From: an uncultured Methanoregulaceae archaeon
Lineage (GTDB): Archaea > Halobacteriota > Methanomicrobia > Methanomicrobiales > Methanospirillaceae
Direction of reading: 5' to 3'
DNA length: 64,000 nt
Assembly (NCBI GenBank): GCA_963717525.1
Contig: OY970343.1
Span: 704,001 to 768,000, forward strand
The notes under the pieces are model-generated. The model had not been told where the DNA came from and ran no database searches. It saw only the letters and a list, made by a program, of their open reading frames with translations. Positions 31,842 to 43,210 of this stretch are shown here, one piece after another (position 1 is the stretch's first letter; each line of letters begins with the position of its first letter). The position numbers and the translations under genes are program-made.

Positions 31842-33480
31842 ATGCCCGAAGCGACCCCCGCCCCGGATACGTCCCACGTCCAATCCCCCAAAAAGCTCCC
31901 ATTTGCCGATCTCGTAAGCGAGCTCAAAGAGAAACTCGCCACGGTCCAGGAGAGCAAGAAGATGGGCGCGGATCTTCTGTTCATGACGACCTACATGGCA
32001 TCGCTTGCGATTGCGAATGCGACCCGCCCCGAGATCTTCTCGTTTGCATCCAACCGCCATGAGTATATTTCGGCAAAATACATCGCAAAAGTGGATACAT
32101 ATGTAAAAAAATGGAACTACAGTTACGCAGAGAGCATGTCCATTGTTGCCGAGCGGACGCAGAATGAGATTCTCCGGAGCATGCTGAACCGGTATTCCAA
32201 CTCAATCGACTCGGGTGTCCCGGACGAGGATTTTTTAGCAAACGAGCTTGCTACAGTCCGTAGTGTCTACCGGAACCAGCTGGAGCAGGGGATGTCCATG
32301 CTGCAGAAATGGGGTGATGCCTACGTCGCCATGCTCCTTTCAGGGACCGTCATCGCCATCATCATTATGATATCGACGGTAATTTACGCTCCCGGAGATA
32401 TCCAGACGACATTTGACATGTCATATGCAATTATCCTGGCCATATCTGTGTTTGGTATTGTCCTTATGTATACCTCAGTTCCTGACGATCCCAAAAGCCA
32501 CGGGCTCTCTGAGCGTACTTCAAAGGAGCAGGGGACAATCCATGCCATGGAACGGATTATTGTCCCGGTAACGATTGCCCTGATCGTTATTCTCGCTCTG
32601 CTTGGGGTCGCCGCGAGCCTGATCTTTATCCTCGCGGGCATCCTGATGGCCCCTCTTGGCATTATAGGTTTTATCGATGACCATAACATTACCCTGCGGG
32701 ACAACGATTTTTCCGTGTTTATCAGGAGTTTTGGTGCGGTGATGGGCGGGCAGGGAACAACAGACTGTCTATGCGCTGGGGAGTATCGACCGAAAATCGC
32801 TTTCCGCTCTTGAACCCCTGATCAATTCCGTTTATTCGAAGCTCAATCTCGGACTCGACGAAAAACAGTGCTGGGACAAGTTTATCGGGGAGGCTGGAAG
32901 CAATCTCATCTACAAGTACCTCAACATTTACCGGGATACCGTGGCGCTCGGGGGTCCGCCGGAACCCATCGGGACGGTGGTGGGATCCTCGATGCTCGAA
33001 CAAACACTCCTCAGGGAGAAAAAGGACATGCTTGCACGAGGTTTTATCGTCCTTCTGGTACCGATGCATATCGCCATGATCGGTATATTCGTTGCACTGT
33101 ACCAGATACTCCTGGTACTCACCGAATCCGTGGCGAGCATGATGAGCCAGATGCAGAATGTGTCCGCATCATCGGGGGGTATGAGCGCCGGGATTTCCAT
33201 GGGAGGTGTATTTGGCGGCGGGATGAACCTTTTTTCCAACTTCCCGGCAGCAGCAATGCAGGTTTATGTAATCATAACTGTTTCTATTCTCACCATAGCG
33301 AACATTATTGCGGCACGCATTGTGGGCGGGGGGGATCGATACATGTATTATTTCTACGCGGCAATATTCTGCACATTGACAGGAGTTGTTCTTCTGTTTG
33401 CGCCAATGGTGGTGCAACTCTTCTTCAATCCACAAGCGCTGACGAACATGGGGGGCGGAGTTTCCGGGACAGGTACGTAA
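31842..33480 (+). CDS. flaJ: Archaellum membrane platform FlaJ (ArlJ), frameshift near 32763
   Basis: DLLFMTTYMASL and multiple TMs. Continues in another frame (TVYALGSIDRKSL...ALGGPPEPIG). Confidence 0.88.
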
Positions 33481-33481
33481 G

Positions 33482-34742
33482 ATGAAAGACAGTGTTCGCA
33501 GGCTGGTACTTTTTATTGTGATCGTGGGGCTTGGCTCTGCCATGATCTTCGTAGATATCCCGCTCGTCTACATGCTCCTCCTGATCATAGCGGTCGGGTT
33601 TGTCCTCCTCATCGTGCTTGGCACCATCACGGTTGCAGAGATAAAAAATGCCTTTTCCACGATAAGCCCCTCAAATCTTCGCGGGCGCACCTTTTTTGGG
33701 AAGTCGGGCTTCCCGCTGAAGTCCGAAAAGAAGCCATCAGCCCCGAAGGATGCCGGAGAAAAGAAGGCTCAGAAGACCGCCCCGAAAAAGCCGGCCGAAC
33801 CCTCCGGCGGGATCCGGGCTCATATCTCTTTGCTGGTTTCATCAGTGGGATCTCTTGGGAAGATCCTTACCGACCGCCGCAAACCCAGGAAAAAAGTCGA
33901 GGACATCGACAAACTGCTGGAACATACGATCACAGAGAAAGTCACCAGGAGCTCAGCGCTTGAGAGCGCCGCAGCAGTGCCGGCAGCAACCGGAGCTGGC
34001 CGGGGTAGTGCCGGTGGCTCTCTCCCGGCGGAGAGCGGGAAGGAGACCGACCCGTTCTTCTCTCTCCGGCGAAGAACTGGAGACCGGCCTGCTGGACGGG
34101 CTGGACGAGCCGGAGCTATCGACCCCGTCTCCGTCCCCCAAGGGCATACCGGTGCCTCAAGAGGCAGATCCCGGCCTTTCCATGCCGGATCTCGATATGC
34201 CTCCTCTGCCGGAAGAAACTGTTGACGATGCAAGCGCGATCCTCGCAGCACATGCCGGTGAGGTATCTGAAGAATTAAAAAGCCTTGAAAGCGAAGGAGA
34301 CGCCCTTGGCGGGGACCTTGGAGATCTCGACAGCATCAACCTTGACGATATTGATCTGGGAGACGACAGTGCCATGCTGGAAACGACCCCACTACCTGCC
34401 CAGCCCCAGTCTGCCGGACCTGGTACCGGATCCGGCAGCCTGGTCCCCGCAACCCCCATCACCCCTGCAGGGGCCTCTGGCGGTGCGCATGACCTGTCAG
34501 ATATCTCCTCCTTTGCTGCGGGCACTGCCCAGGGCAGTGATGAGGATATGCTCAGTTCGCTTGCCACTGACATCAAACACGTCACAAAGGAAAAAAATGT
34601 CAGCCTGCTCCGGGAATTAAAAGATTTTAAGGCACCGGCAACAGATATAGAAAAGGAACTTTCCGAGATCTCGGAGCAGCTCAATAATGCAGCAGGCAAA
34701 GGTGCAAAGAAACAATCCCAGGCCTCACAGGGAATGAAATAA
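33482..34742 (+). CDS. Two-TM protein with a long acidic, disordered cytoplasmic tail, frameshift near 34060
   Basis: ORF 33482 (two TMs, Lys-rich linker) joins ORF 33750 (SGEELETGLLDGLD...LLRELKDFKAPATDIEKEL). Tightly packed between flaJ and cheF. Confidence 0.65.
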
Positions 34743-34811
34743 CTCTGGAAAGGAGAGAATTCAGGGTCCTTCCAGAGTACCAGACCTGGCAAAATCTTAT
34801 CTGTGTTTCCC

Positions 34812-35621
34812 ATGACAGAAGTCCCCTTAAAAGTTGAACATGACGGTAAATGGGTTGTCCTCAAAGCATCAGTAAGCGAAGACCGGATTACATTTCCTGA
34901 ACCGATCGATAAGGAGATCCTCTTCAAATCGATCTTTGATCTGGAGGAGAAAAAGAATGTCCTTGTTCTTACGGTCAAGGGAAATCCGGATTCTATCATA
35001 CGGATTGCCAGTGTCGAGAAAGTCCTCGTCGTTTTAAAACGCCTTATCCTCGCCGGTTGCAACGCTTACCGGCTCATGGCCTATTTCATGTCCCCGGCAA
35101 TCCGGGGAGGTGTGCTCGCCAAGAATGCTCAATGGGAAAAAGGCAGTATCGTGGTCGTAAAGACCGGAATCTGGTTTGTCAGTGCAGCAAAACAGATATG
35201 CGTGCCTCTTACTGATGTGGCGGCGATTGAACTGACAAAGCGCGAAGTTCAGGGCAAGCAGACCGATATCGTCCGGATCGATCATGTCGAGTCCGGGGAG
35301 GTTGTTTCCAGTCTTGTCCTGTGTCCCCTCTCCACCCTTCAGGTGCTTGCCAATTTCCTTAAGGATGCCACCAAGGGTATCGATATGGCCGGCAACGAAC
35401 TGGATGCCGTTGACCAGCAGGTCGCAATGCTTGTGTATTCCGGGATGGACTCCCACGCTATAGAGAACATGCTTAATATTCCCCATAAACAGCTCGACGA
35501 GATCTATGACCGGATTATCAAGCTGGGCATCGCAGAAGTGATCATTATCCGGCGGGAAGTCCAGCTGACAACAAAAGGGGTACGGTACATTTCGGATGCC
35601 ACAAAAACGCAAACAAACTAA
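34812..35621 (+). CDS. cheF: Archaeal chemotaxis adaptor CheF
   Basis: SPAIRGGVLAKNAQWEKG motif and C-terminal wHTH (MLVYSGM...RREVQLTTKG). Confidence 0.85.
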   Translation: MTEVPLKVEHDGKWVVLKASVSEDRITFPEPIDKEILFKSIFDLEEKKNVLVLTVKGNPDSIIRIASVEKVLVVLKRLILAGCNAYRLMAYFMSPAIRGGVLAKNAQWEKGSIVVVKTGIWFVSAAKQICVPLTDVAAIELTKREVQGKQTDIVRIDHVESGEVVSSLVLCPLSTLQVLANFLKDATKGIDMAGNELDAVDQQVAMLVYSGMDSHAIENMLNIPHKQLDEIYDRIIKLGIAEVIIIRREVQLTTKGVRYISDATKTQTN

Positions 35622-35688
35622 AATTACGTCTGTTTTTTCTCCACTACTCATTTATAGCATGATACTCAAACACTCTGTCTGATACTCC

Positions 35689-36051
35689 ATGGGAACTATT
35701 CTGATCGTGGACGATACGCTTTTCATGAGAACCCTTCTCAAAAATATTCTCTTTTCGGGCGGCCACACGATTGCCGGTGAGGCAGCAAACGGTGAAGAAG
35801 CGGTCGCCAAGTACAAGGAACTCAAACCCGATCTTGTCACTATGGACGTGGTGATGCCCAAGGTGAACGGGATCGAAGCGTTAAAGGCGATCAAGCAGCT
35901 GGATCCTGCTGCCCGGGTCATCATGTGCACCGCCGTCGGGCAGGAACAGATGGTCAAGCTCGCCATCAAGACCGGGGCCAAAGGGTATATCGTCAAGCCG
36001 TTTCAAGCTCCCAAGGTTCTCGAAGAAGTCAAAAACGTGCTTGCGTCCTGA
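35689..36051 (+). CDS. cheY: Response regulator CheY
   Basis: IVDD, DLVTMDVVMP, CTAVGQ and YIVKPF. Confidence 0.95.
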   Translation: MGTILIVDDTLFMRTLLKNILFSGGHTIAGEAANGEEAVAKYKELKPDLVTMDVVMPKVNGIEALKAIKQLDPAARVIMCTAVGQEQMVKLAIKTGAKGYIVKPFQAPKVLEEVKNVLAS

Positions 36052-36056
36052 CAGCC

Positions 36057-37106
36057 ATGGCAAAGGTTCTCATTGTCGATGACTCCGTGTTTATGCGGAC
36101 GGTCATCCGGGACATGCTGCAAAAGGACCCTTCACTTGAGATAGTGGGAACCGCATCAAACGGGATCGAGGCACTCGAAAAGATCAAGAACCTCAGGCCT
36201 GATCTTATCACGCTGGACATCGAGATGCCCCGGATGAACGGCCTTGAAGTGCTGCGCGAGCTTAAAAGTGCGGAATGGCACCCGAAAACCCTCATGCTCT
36301 CCTCGCTCACCTCGGAAGGTGCAGAGATGACTGCCGAGGCGATCCGGCTGGGCGCCGATGACTTCATGCTCAAGCCAAAGGATGTTCCCCAACTCAGGCT
36401 TATTGCGGACGAGCTTATTGCAACGATACGTCATCTTCTTACCTCCCCTCCATCTCCCCGCAAAGAGCCGTCCGTAGTCACGCAGCGGGACAGGAATGCC
36501 GAATGTGTCGTCCTGATTGGTTCCTCGGCTGGCGGACCGCCCATGCTTGATGTAATCCTCTCAAAACTGCCAGCGGATCTCAGGGCAGGTGTGGTGATTA
36601 CCCAGCATATGCCCGTAGGATTTACTGCACCGCTTGCTGCCCGGTTCAACCGTCTCGCCCACATGCCGGTGAAAGAGACGGAAAACGGGGATATGCTTAA
36701 GAACAGTTCGGTGTTCCTCTCAAAGGCCGGTGTCCACACCATGATAAGTGCAGCGCTGACCCGGGAAGGGAAACGAACGGGGAGGATCATCCATTCCAGC
36801 GCCCCACCGGTTCATGGGGTACGGCCGGCCGTTGACAAGATGTTTGAGTCCGCTGCCCGGGTCTATGGGAAGAACGTGGTAGCGGTTATCTTAAGCGGGA
36901 TGGGCAACGATGCCGGTGCCGGGGCAGCAGCCATCAGGGAGGCTGGTGGAACAACTATTCTCTGCGATCAGAAGGACTGTCTCGTTTACGGTATGGCAAG
37001 ATCCGCCATCCAGCATAATGCGGTGGATCAGGTGCTCCCGCTTGCAAATATCCCTGAAGCCGTGGAAAGGATCGTAGGGAAGATGACGGAGGACTGCAAT
37101 GTCTGA
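36057..37106 (+). CDS. cheB: Chemotaxis methylesterase CheB
   Basis: Receiver domain plus GSSAGGP, QHMP, RPAVD and SGMGNDA. Confidence 0.95.
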   Translation: MAKVLIVDDSVFMRTVIRDMLQKDPSLEIVGTASNGIEALEKIKNLRPDLITLDIEMPRMNGLEVLRELKSAEWHPKTLMLSSLTSEGAEMTAEAIRLGADDFMLKPKDVPQLRLIADELIATIRHLLTSPPSPRKEPSVVTQRDRNAECVVLIGSSAGGPPMLDVILSKLPADLRAGVVITQHMPVGFTAPLAARFNRLAHMPVKETENGDMLKNSSVFLSKAGVHTMISAALTREGKRTGRIIHSSAPPVHGVRPAVDKMFESAARVYGKNVVAVILSGMGNDAGAGAAAIREAGGTTILCDQKDCLVYGMARSAIQHNAVDQVLPLANIPEAVERIVGKMTEDCNV

Positions 37107-39060
37107 ATTTGAGCAGTACCGGTCGCTCTTTGTTGCCGAATCCCGGGAAAACCACGAAAACCTGGTTAACAACCTTCTCGTGCTGGAGAAAGGTGCCGAC
37201 CAGAACGCCATCGACGAGATCTTCCGGTCGATCCATACGCTCAAAGGTGCATCTGCATCCATGGGGTTTGCGGACATGGAGCGCCTCTGCCATACGATGG
37301 AGGACGCGCTGCAGCTGATCCGGAGCGGCAGTGCCGAGATGTCCGAGGACCTGGGAAATGTGCTCCTTTCCTGCACCGATCTGATCGAGGAGATGCTCGA
37401 CGACATCGAGGCAGGAGGGGACTCATCCTCCAAAAACCCCGACAAACAGGTACATGCATTGCATGCCTGGCTGCAGCAGCAGGATGCCGGTGTGCCGGAG
37501 AAGAAAAGGGGGCATGGCCCGCATAAGATTGAAGCAGTCATTCCGGAAGAACTTCCGCCCGAAAAGTCTCCTATGCAGGATGCCGGGACGGAATATGCGA
37601 TGACGATTGTGGTCGCCCCGGACTGCATGATGAAAGATGTTCGTGCCCTGATTGCGATCCAGAACCTGGAAGCGCTTGGGACTATCCGATCAATGCAACC
37701 GTCAAAAGAGGAGATCGACGAAGGGGAGTTTGACGGGACAATCCATCTCACGGTTGCAAGTGATGCCGGGGAGGAAGCGATCAGGACCGCAGCGCAGGGG
37801 ACCGAGATCGCGACCGTCGAAATCCGGGTGCCCGAAGAGCAGATGGCGGTTCAGGCAGAACCCGTTGCCGGGAAAAGGCCCTTGGAACCTGACCGGAAAC
37901 AGTCTTCGGCACCGGAGAAGAACCGGGAGATAAAAAATCTCCGTGTCGACATCACCCAGCTTGACCATATCATGAACCTCGTTGAAGATCTCGTGATCAA
38001 CCGGGGCCGGCTCAAACAGATCGCAGACGATAATAAGATAAAAGAGATGGATGAGGCGATCAGCATGGTCGAGCGGTCGGTGTCCGAGCTCCAGAACCTG
38101 ATGATGGCCATCCGCATGATCCCGCTCTCCCATATCTTCAACCGCCTGCCCCGGGTCGTCCGCGATGTCGCCCAGTATGACCACAAGGAGGTTGAGTTTG
38201 TCATGGAAGGCGGAGAAACCGAGCTCGACCGGAGCGTGATGGACGGCCTCAACGATCCCCTGCTGCACCTAATCAGGAACGCGGTAAACCATGGCATCGA
38301 GGATCCGGCGATCCGGATAAAGGCAGGAAAGCCTGCAAAAGGGCTCGTGCAGCTCAGCGCTCACCGGGACCGGGACAATGTCATCATCAAACTCACGGAT
38401 GACGGTGCCGGTATCAATGTCGAAAAGGTCAAGAAGAAAGCCGTGGAAAAAGGGCTCATAATACCTGAAACTGCTGCCACCCTCACTACAGATGAGGCAA
38501 TCGACCTGCTCTTCCAACCGGGTTTCTCCACCGCGGATACCATAACAGACATATCGGGAAGAGGCGTCGGCCTGGATGTGGTAAGACGGTCGATCGAATC
38601 GCTCAAAGGCACCATCAGGGTCGAGACGACGCCCGGCAAGGGAAGTGTTTTTGAGCTGCTGCTTCCTCCCACCATGGCCATTGTCGATGTGATGATCGTC
38701 CGGATCAATAACAAGCGCCTTGGGATTCCCATCAGCAGCATCGTCGAGGTGGCAAACTTCAGAAAGGACGGTATGCACCGTATCGGGAAAGGTGATGTGA
38801 TCCTTATCAGGGATGAAGTGCTCCAGATCCTCTGGCTTGATGACATGGTCGGGAGCTCGGACCAGTGCGAGATCCTCATTGTCGTCCAGTACCAGAAACG
38901 GAAATGCTGTATTCCCGTCGACGCTGTAGAAGGGAAGCAGGAAGTCGTTGTAAAGCCGTTGAGCAGTTTTATCGGGACCACAAAAGGGATCAGCGGGGTT
39001 ACCATTCTCGGGGATGGCGATGTGGTGCCGGTTCTTGATGTAAACACGATGCAGGAATGA
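37099..39060 (+). CDS. cheA: Chemotaxis histidine kinase CheA
   Basis: HPt FRSIHTLKG, HLIRNAVNHGIE, DDGAG, SGRGVGLDVV and a CheW domain. Confidence 0.96.
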   Translation: MSEFEQYRSLFVAESRENHENLVNNLLVLEKGADQNAIDEIFRSIHTLKGASASMGFADMERLCHTMEDALQLIRSGSAEMSEDLGNVLLSCTDLIEEMLDDIEAGGDSSSKNPDKQVHALHAWLQQQDAGVPEKKRGHGPHKIEAVIPEELPPEKSPMQDAGTEYAMTIVVAPDCMMKDVRALIAIQNLEALGTIRSMQPSKEEIDEGEFDGTIHLTVASDAGEEAIRTAAQGTEIATVEIRVPEEQMAVQAEPVAGKRPLEPDRKQSSAPEKNREIKNLRVDITQLDHIMNLVEDLVINRGRLKQIADDNKIKEMDEAISMVERSVSELQNLMMAIRMIPLSHIFNRLPRVVRDVAQYDHKEVEFVMEGGETELDRSVMDGLNDPLLHLIRNAVNHGIEDPAIRIKAGKPAKGLVQLSAHRDRDNVIIKLTDDGAGINVEKVKKKAVEKGLIIPETAATLTTDEAIDLLFQPGFSTADTITDISGRGVGLDVVRRSIESLKGTIRVETTPGKGSVFELLLPPTMAIVDVMIVRINNKRLGIPISSIVEVANFRKDGMHRIGKGDVILIRDEVLQILWLDDMVGSSDQCEILIVVQYQKRKCCIPVDAVEGKQEVVVKPLSSFIGTTKGISGVTILGDGDVVPVLDVNTMQE

Positions 39061-39067
39061 ACAGTCC

Positions 39068-39679
39068 ATGAAGCTATCAGCAGTTCAGGTAGATGCAATG
39101 CAGGAACTGGGAAATATCGGGGCAGCGCATGCCGCGACCACCCTTTCCCAGATGCTGTCGAGCACCGTTGAGATGAGCGTGCCCAAGATCAAAGTCGTGG
39201 ATGTCGCGCAGCTGGCAGACTACATCGGGGATGAACCAGCGGCGCTTGTGGTCTTCGAGCTCCAGGGTGAGATCCCGCACGGGGGGTATATTATCGTCTA
39301 TATCTCCCGGAAATCGGCGGTCCGCCTGACCAACACGATGCTCGGCCTGACCGACCCGGATCGCCCGCTCAACGAGATGGACGAAAGCGCCCTTTTAGAG
39401 GTCGGCAATATCATGGCGTCGGCATTCCTGGATGCCACCGCTGAACTCCTCGGTTTTATCATGCTCCCCTCTCCCCCGGCGCTCACGATCGATATGGCGC
39501 ATGCCGCCATGCAGTCGCTCATCGCGCAGATGCAGGAAGAGATCGATGAGGTCATGCTCTTTTCGACTGAACTGGTCTGTGAGGAGCACAGGATCGACAG
39601 CGACATTATCATGATGCCGGAAGCAAGCATGCTCAAAACGTTTGTCGAACGCCTGGAAAACCTGATGAATCCAAGCTGA
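39068..39679 (+). CDS. cheC: CheY-P phosphatase CheC
   Basis: ELGNIG and SALLEVGNIM motifs. Confidence 0.93.
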   Translation: MKLSAVQVDAMQELGNIGAAHAATTLSQMLSSTVEMSVPKIKVVDVAQLADYIGDEPAALVVFELQGEIPHGGYIIVYISRKSAVRLTNTMLGLTDPDRPLNEMDESALLEVGNIMASAFLDATAELLGFIMLPSPPALTIDMAHAAMQSLIAQMQEEIDEVMLFSTELVCEEHRIDSDIIMMPEASMLKTFVERLENLMNPS

Positions 39680-39695
39680 CTGCACCTGACCCGGA

Positions 39696-40187
39696 ATGTC
39701 TGAACCAGCCCCTCAGGACAAAGCACCTGTCATGATTGGTATCGGTGAGTACCACGTGGGTTCCGGGCCCATGATGACCATCGGACTTGGATCCTGCATT
39801 GGCCTGACCGTCTATGACCGTGATCTTCACATCGGTGCCATGGTGCATATCATGCTGCCCGAGAGTTCCGGGCGCACGGGACGGCCGGGAAAATACGCAG
39901 ATACCGCAGTCCCGCTCCTTATCAGTAAACTCGCCGAGCGGGGCTCCCAGCGCACTTCGCTTGTGGTAAAGATGGCTGGCGGGGCATGCATGTTTGAATA
40001 TTTTGGCAACAATCTCAACATTGGCGAGAGGAACGCAGAACGAATACGTGTCATTCTTGCAGAGCACCATCTCCGGCTCAGCGCGGAGGAGGTTGGCGGA
40101 AAAGCCGGAAGGACTGTGGCATTTTACCCGGACGCAGGCGGAAAAGTGACTGTCAGGAGTGCTGATGGTGCTGCACATGAGATATAA
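39696..40187 (+). CDS. cheD: Chemoreceptor glutamine deamidase CheD
   Basis: TIGLGSC, HIMLP, KYADTA, AGGA and IGERN. Confidence 0.94.
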   Translation: MSEPAPQDKAPVMIGIGEYHVGSGPMMTIGLGSCIGLTVYDRDLHIGAMVHIMLPESSGRTGRPGKYADTAVPLLISKLAERGSQRTSLVVKMAGGACMFEYFGNNLNIGERNAERIRVILAEHHLRLSAEEVGGKAGRTVAFYPDAGGKVTVRSADGAAHEI

Positions 40188-41384
40188 TCCTGTTTTTTAT
40201 TTCCTGCTCGCACTCTGCCTTATACCGGTTGCAGCGGGAGCCGATCCTACGACGGCTAATGTGTCAGGCGGGCAGCACGCGGGAGCAGTTTACCTCTTTC
40301 GTCCCACCTCAGATTCGATCCCTTCTGCACAGGTGAATGCGATCATCAACGGCCTGCATGGCGAAGTTCTAATAGCCACTCCGCTGGGCCTTTCGACATA
40401 CGATGGCAGCTGGAGTACCCGGCATATCAACCGGAACAATCTTTCGAATGGCCTTTTGGATAATTTTGTCACTGCGCTGGCCTACGACAGCTCCGGCAAT
40501 CTCTGGATCGGGTATGCGGGAGGGATCCAGATCTATAACGGGCGCGATTATCAGATCATCACCGACCAGCAACTCTTAAAAAGCCTCCAGATCCGGGCAC
40601 TCCAGCGCTGGAATGATGAGATGTGGATTGCGACCGGGAATGCTGGGTTAAACCAGTACAACAATGGTAACTGGACATGGTACGCACCATACTCCCCGGG
40701 CGGCCCGGGGTTCTATGAGGCAGACAGTTTGGCGCTTGACAGCGCAACCGGTACACTTCTTGTGGGTACCAGCCAGGAAGGACTCTGGGCTGTAACAGAA
40801 TCAAATGGAACGATTCTCTTTGCCAAAATTCAGGATAAAAACGATCCCTGTGGCCTGCTCGGCCAGGTCCGTCAGGACCCGCTCGGAGGTGCGTACTTCT
40901 TTAATTCGACTGAAGTGGCGCACTATACTGCTGACACCGGATTTACCCCGATCCTCTCCAAGGGAGATTTTTACGGGGGGCCCTATGCCATCAACGATGT
41001 GGCCGCGGGAACCGGCGGGGCCCTGTATGTAGCAACCGAGGACGGCATTTACGTCTGGGAGAAGGGGGCGATCACCCGGCACCTGGGGACGTTTGAGGGA
41101 TTTGGCACCAACTCGCACAGCATCAGGAGGATCTTTATCGATGCTATGGGCCGGCTCTGGTTCTCTACACCGGATAATATCGGGTATATACCGGGGATGT
41201 CCCAACCGTCCCCCTGATTGCCGTTGAGACGATAACCCCCACTCCAACGCCGACACTGGTCCCGGTAAATGTGTCGCTGACGATAACCCCGGCGCCGGGC
41301 ACGCCCCCGGAGAACCACTCACTCCTTGACCGGATTGCTGGTTTCTTTGCCGGGTTCCTGCCCTTCCTCCACCCGTCGGGCTGA
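40177..41384 (+). CDS. Secreted beta-propeller protein (two-component regulator propeller-type repeats), frameshift near 41195
   Basis: Signal peptide and repeats such as DSSGNLWIG, MWIATG and DAMGRLWFS. The PT-rich C-terminal tail continues in a shifted frame to 41384. Confidence 0.7.
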
Positions 41385-41416
41385 GACGGGACCATTTTGT
41401 CTAGGTGCCCGGGAAC

Positions 41417-43189
41417 CTATTCCTCGTCCGCGGCGTAATAATAGTACTCCCCCCGGCTCTTTTGTTCCCGGTCAAGGAACGAGTTGGGCTTATTGATCCG
41501 GGCCGGCCGGTCTGGTCCCTGCGGAATGTTACGTCCAGCGCCTCTAAGAACCGGTTCATCCCTTCCCGCATGGCAAAGGGACCGGCGGCGGTACCTGCCA
41601 CTCCCGGCTCGCCTTCAAAAACGAGGATTCGCTCGCTGATCATATCGATAAGGTAGATGTCGTGATCGATGACGAGGATCGCCACTTCCTTTCCTTCTGC
41701 ATGGTGCTTGATGAGCCGGGTCACCTTCACGCGCTGCTCGACATCGAGGTGGGCGCTCGGCTCGTCGAGGATATAGAGATCAGCATCCCGTGAGAGGCAG
41801 GCGGCGATTGCCACCCGCTGGAGCTCCCCCCGCTCAGGGAATCGACCGGCGACTGGAGGATAGCCGAAAGCGAGAGCGATTCGAGAATTTCGTGCTGGTA
41901 ATAGGAGCTGTCAAATTTACTGGTACATGAACGGAGGTATATTTCGACGGAAGCTGAGGTCTCCGGCTTGATGTACTGCGGCTTGTAAGAGATCTTCAGC
42001 GTCGTGTCCATAGCCCCGGAATCAGGTTTCTCCTCGCCGGCAAGCAGCTTCGCAAAAGTACCTCTTTCCCATGCCGTTTGCGCCGATGACCCCGAGCACT
42101 TCCCCGGCTCTGATCGTGCCGCCCGCGATTGTGAGATGGAAGGTCTCGTAGTTCTTGGTGAGCGCGGGGACCTCCACGAGATCCTCCCTTTTTGATCCTT
42201 TCTCATGAGCCCGTTTTTCGAAGACCACCTGCGAGTCCCTGAAGCGCACGTTCTCCTCGGCAAGATAGCCTTCGAGGTACTGGTTGATGCCGACCCGGAC
42301 CCCTTTTGGCCGGGTGATAACCCCAAAGACTGCCGGCTTTCCATACCCGATGTGCACCGTATCGGCAAGCATGTCGAGGATGGCGAGATCGTGTTCGACG
42401 ATAACGACCGGGCGTTCCGCGGCGAGTTCCCGTATCAGCTTGGCTGCCGAGATACGCTGGTAGATATCCAGAAACGGCGTAATTTCGTCGAGGAAATAGA
42501 GATCGGCGTTTCGTGCAAGGCAGGCGGTGATTGCCACCCGCTGGAGTTCTCCACCGCTCAGCGTGCCGATGGGGTGGTTGAGGATTGCATCGAGTTTGAG
42601 CGCAGGAATCGAGCTCTTCAAGCTTACCCCTCTCATCAGTTGTTTTGAGCAGGTCGCGGGTCGTCCCGGAGAACATTTTCGGGATAAAATCGATATACTG
42701 GGGCTTGACTGCGATCTTCTTGCTCTTTTTTGAGACGGTCTGGAGATAGTCGAAGAGTTCGGTCCCGGCATAGCGTTTCAGGATCTCTTCCCAGGCAACT
42801 TCGGAATCGAAATTCCCCAGATTGGGCCGGAGCTGGCCAGAGAGGATCTTGACGGCAGTGCTTTTCCCGATACCGTTTGCGCCAAGAATACCGGTCACCT
42901 TTCCCTGCACCGGTATGGGGAGACCATAGAGAGCAAACCCGTTCTGCCCGTACCGGTGGGTGGGATGTTCGAGTTCCTCGGGAAGGCTGACAATATCGAT
43001 GGCATCAAACGGGCATTTCTTGATGCAGATGCCGCAGCCGACACAGAGCTCTTCGGATATGACAGCCTTGCCATCCTCGCCGATGACTACGGTCTCGTCA
43101 CCGGTCCGTACCCGGGGGCAGTAAATGATGCACTCGGTCCCGCACTTCTTCGCGTGGCAGCGATCCTTGTGGACGATGGCGATTCTCAT
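41417..43189 (-). CDS. rli: Ribosome recycling ATPase ABCE1/RLI, four apparent frameshifts (near 42607, 42060, 41830, 41498)
   Basis: N-terminal Fe-S domain (CVGCGICIKKCPF), GANGIGKST, LSGGELQR, second NBD GANGMGK...LDEPSAHLDVEQR, and C-terminal RINKPNSFLDREQK..GEYYY. Confidence 0.93.
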
Positions 43190-43210
43190 GGGGATCAGGA
43201 TGAACCGGGA

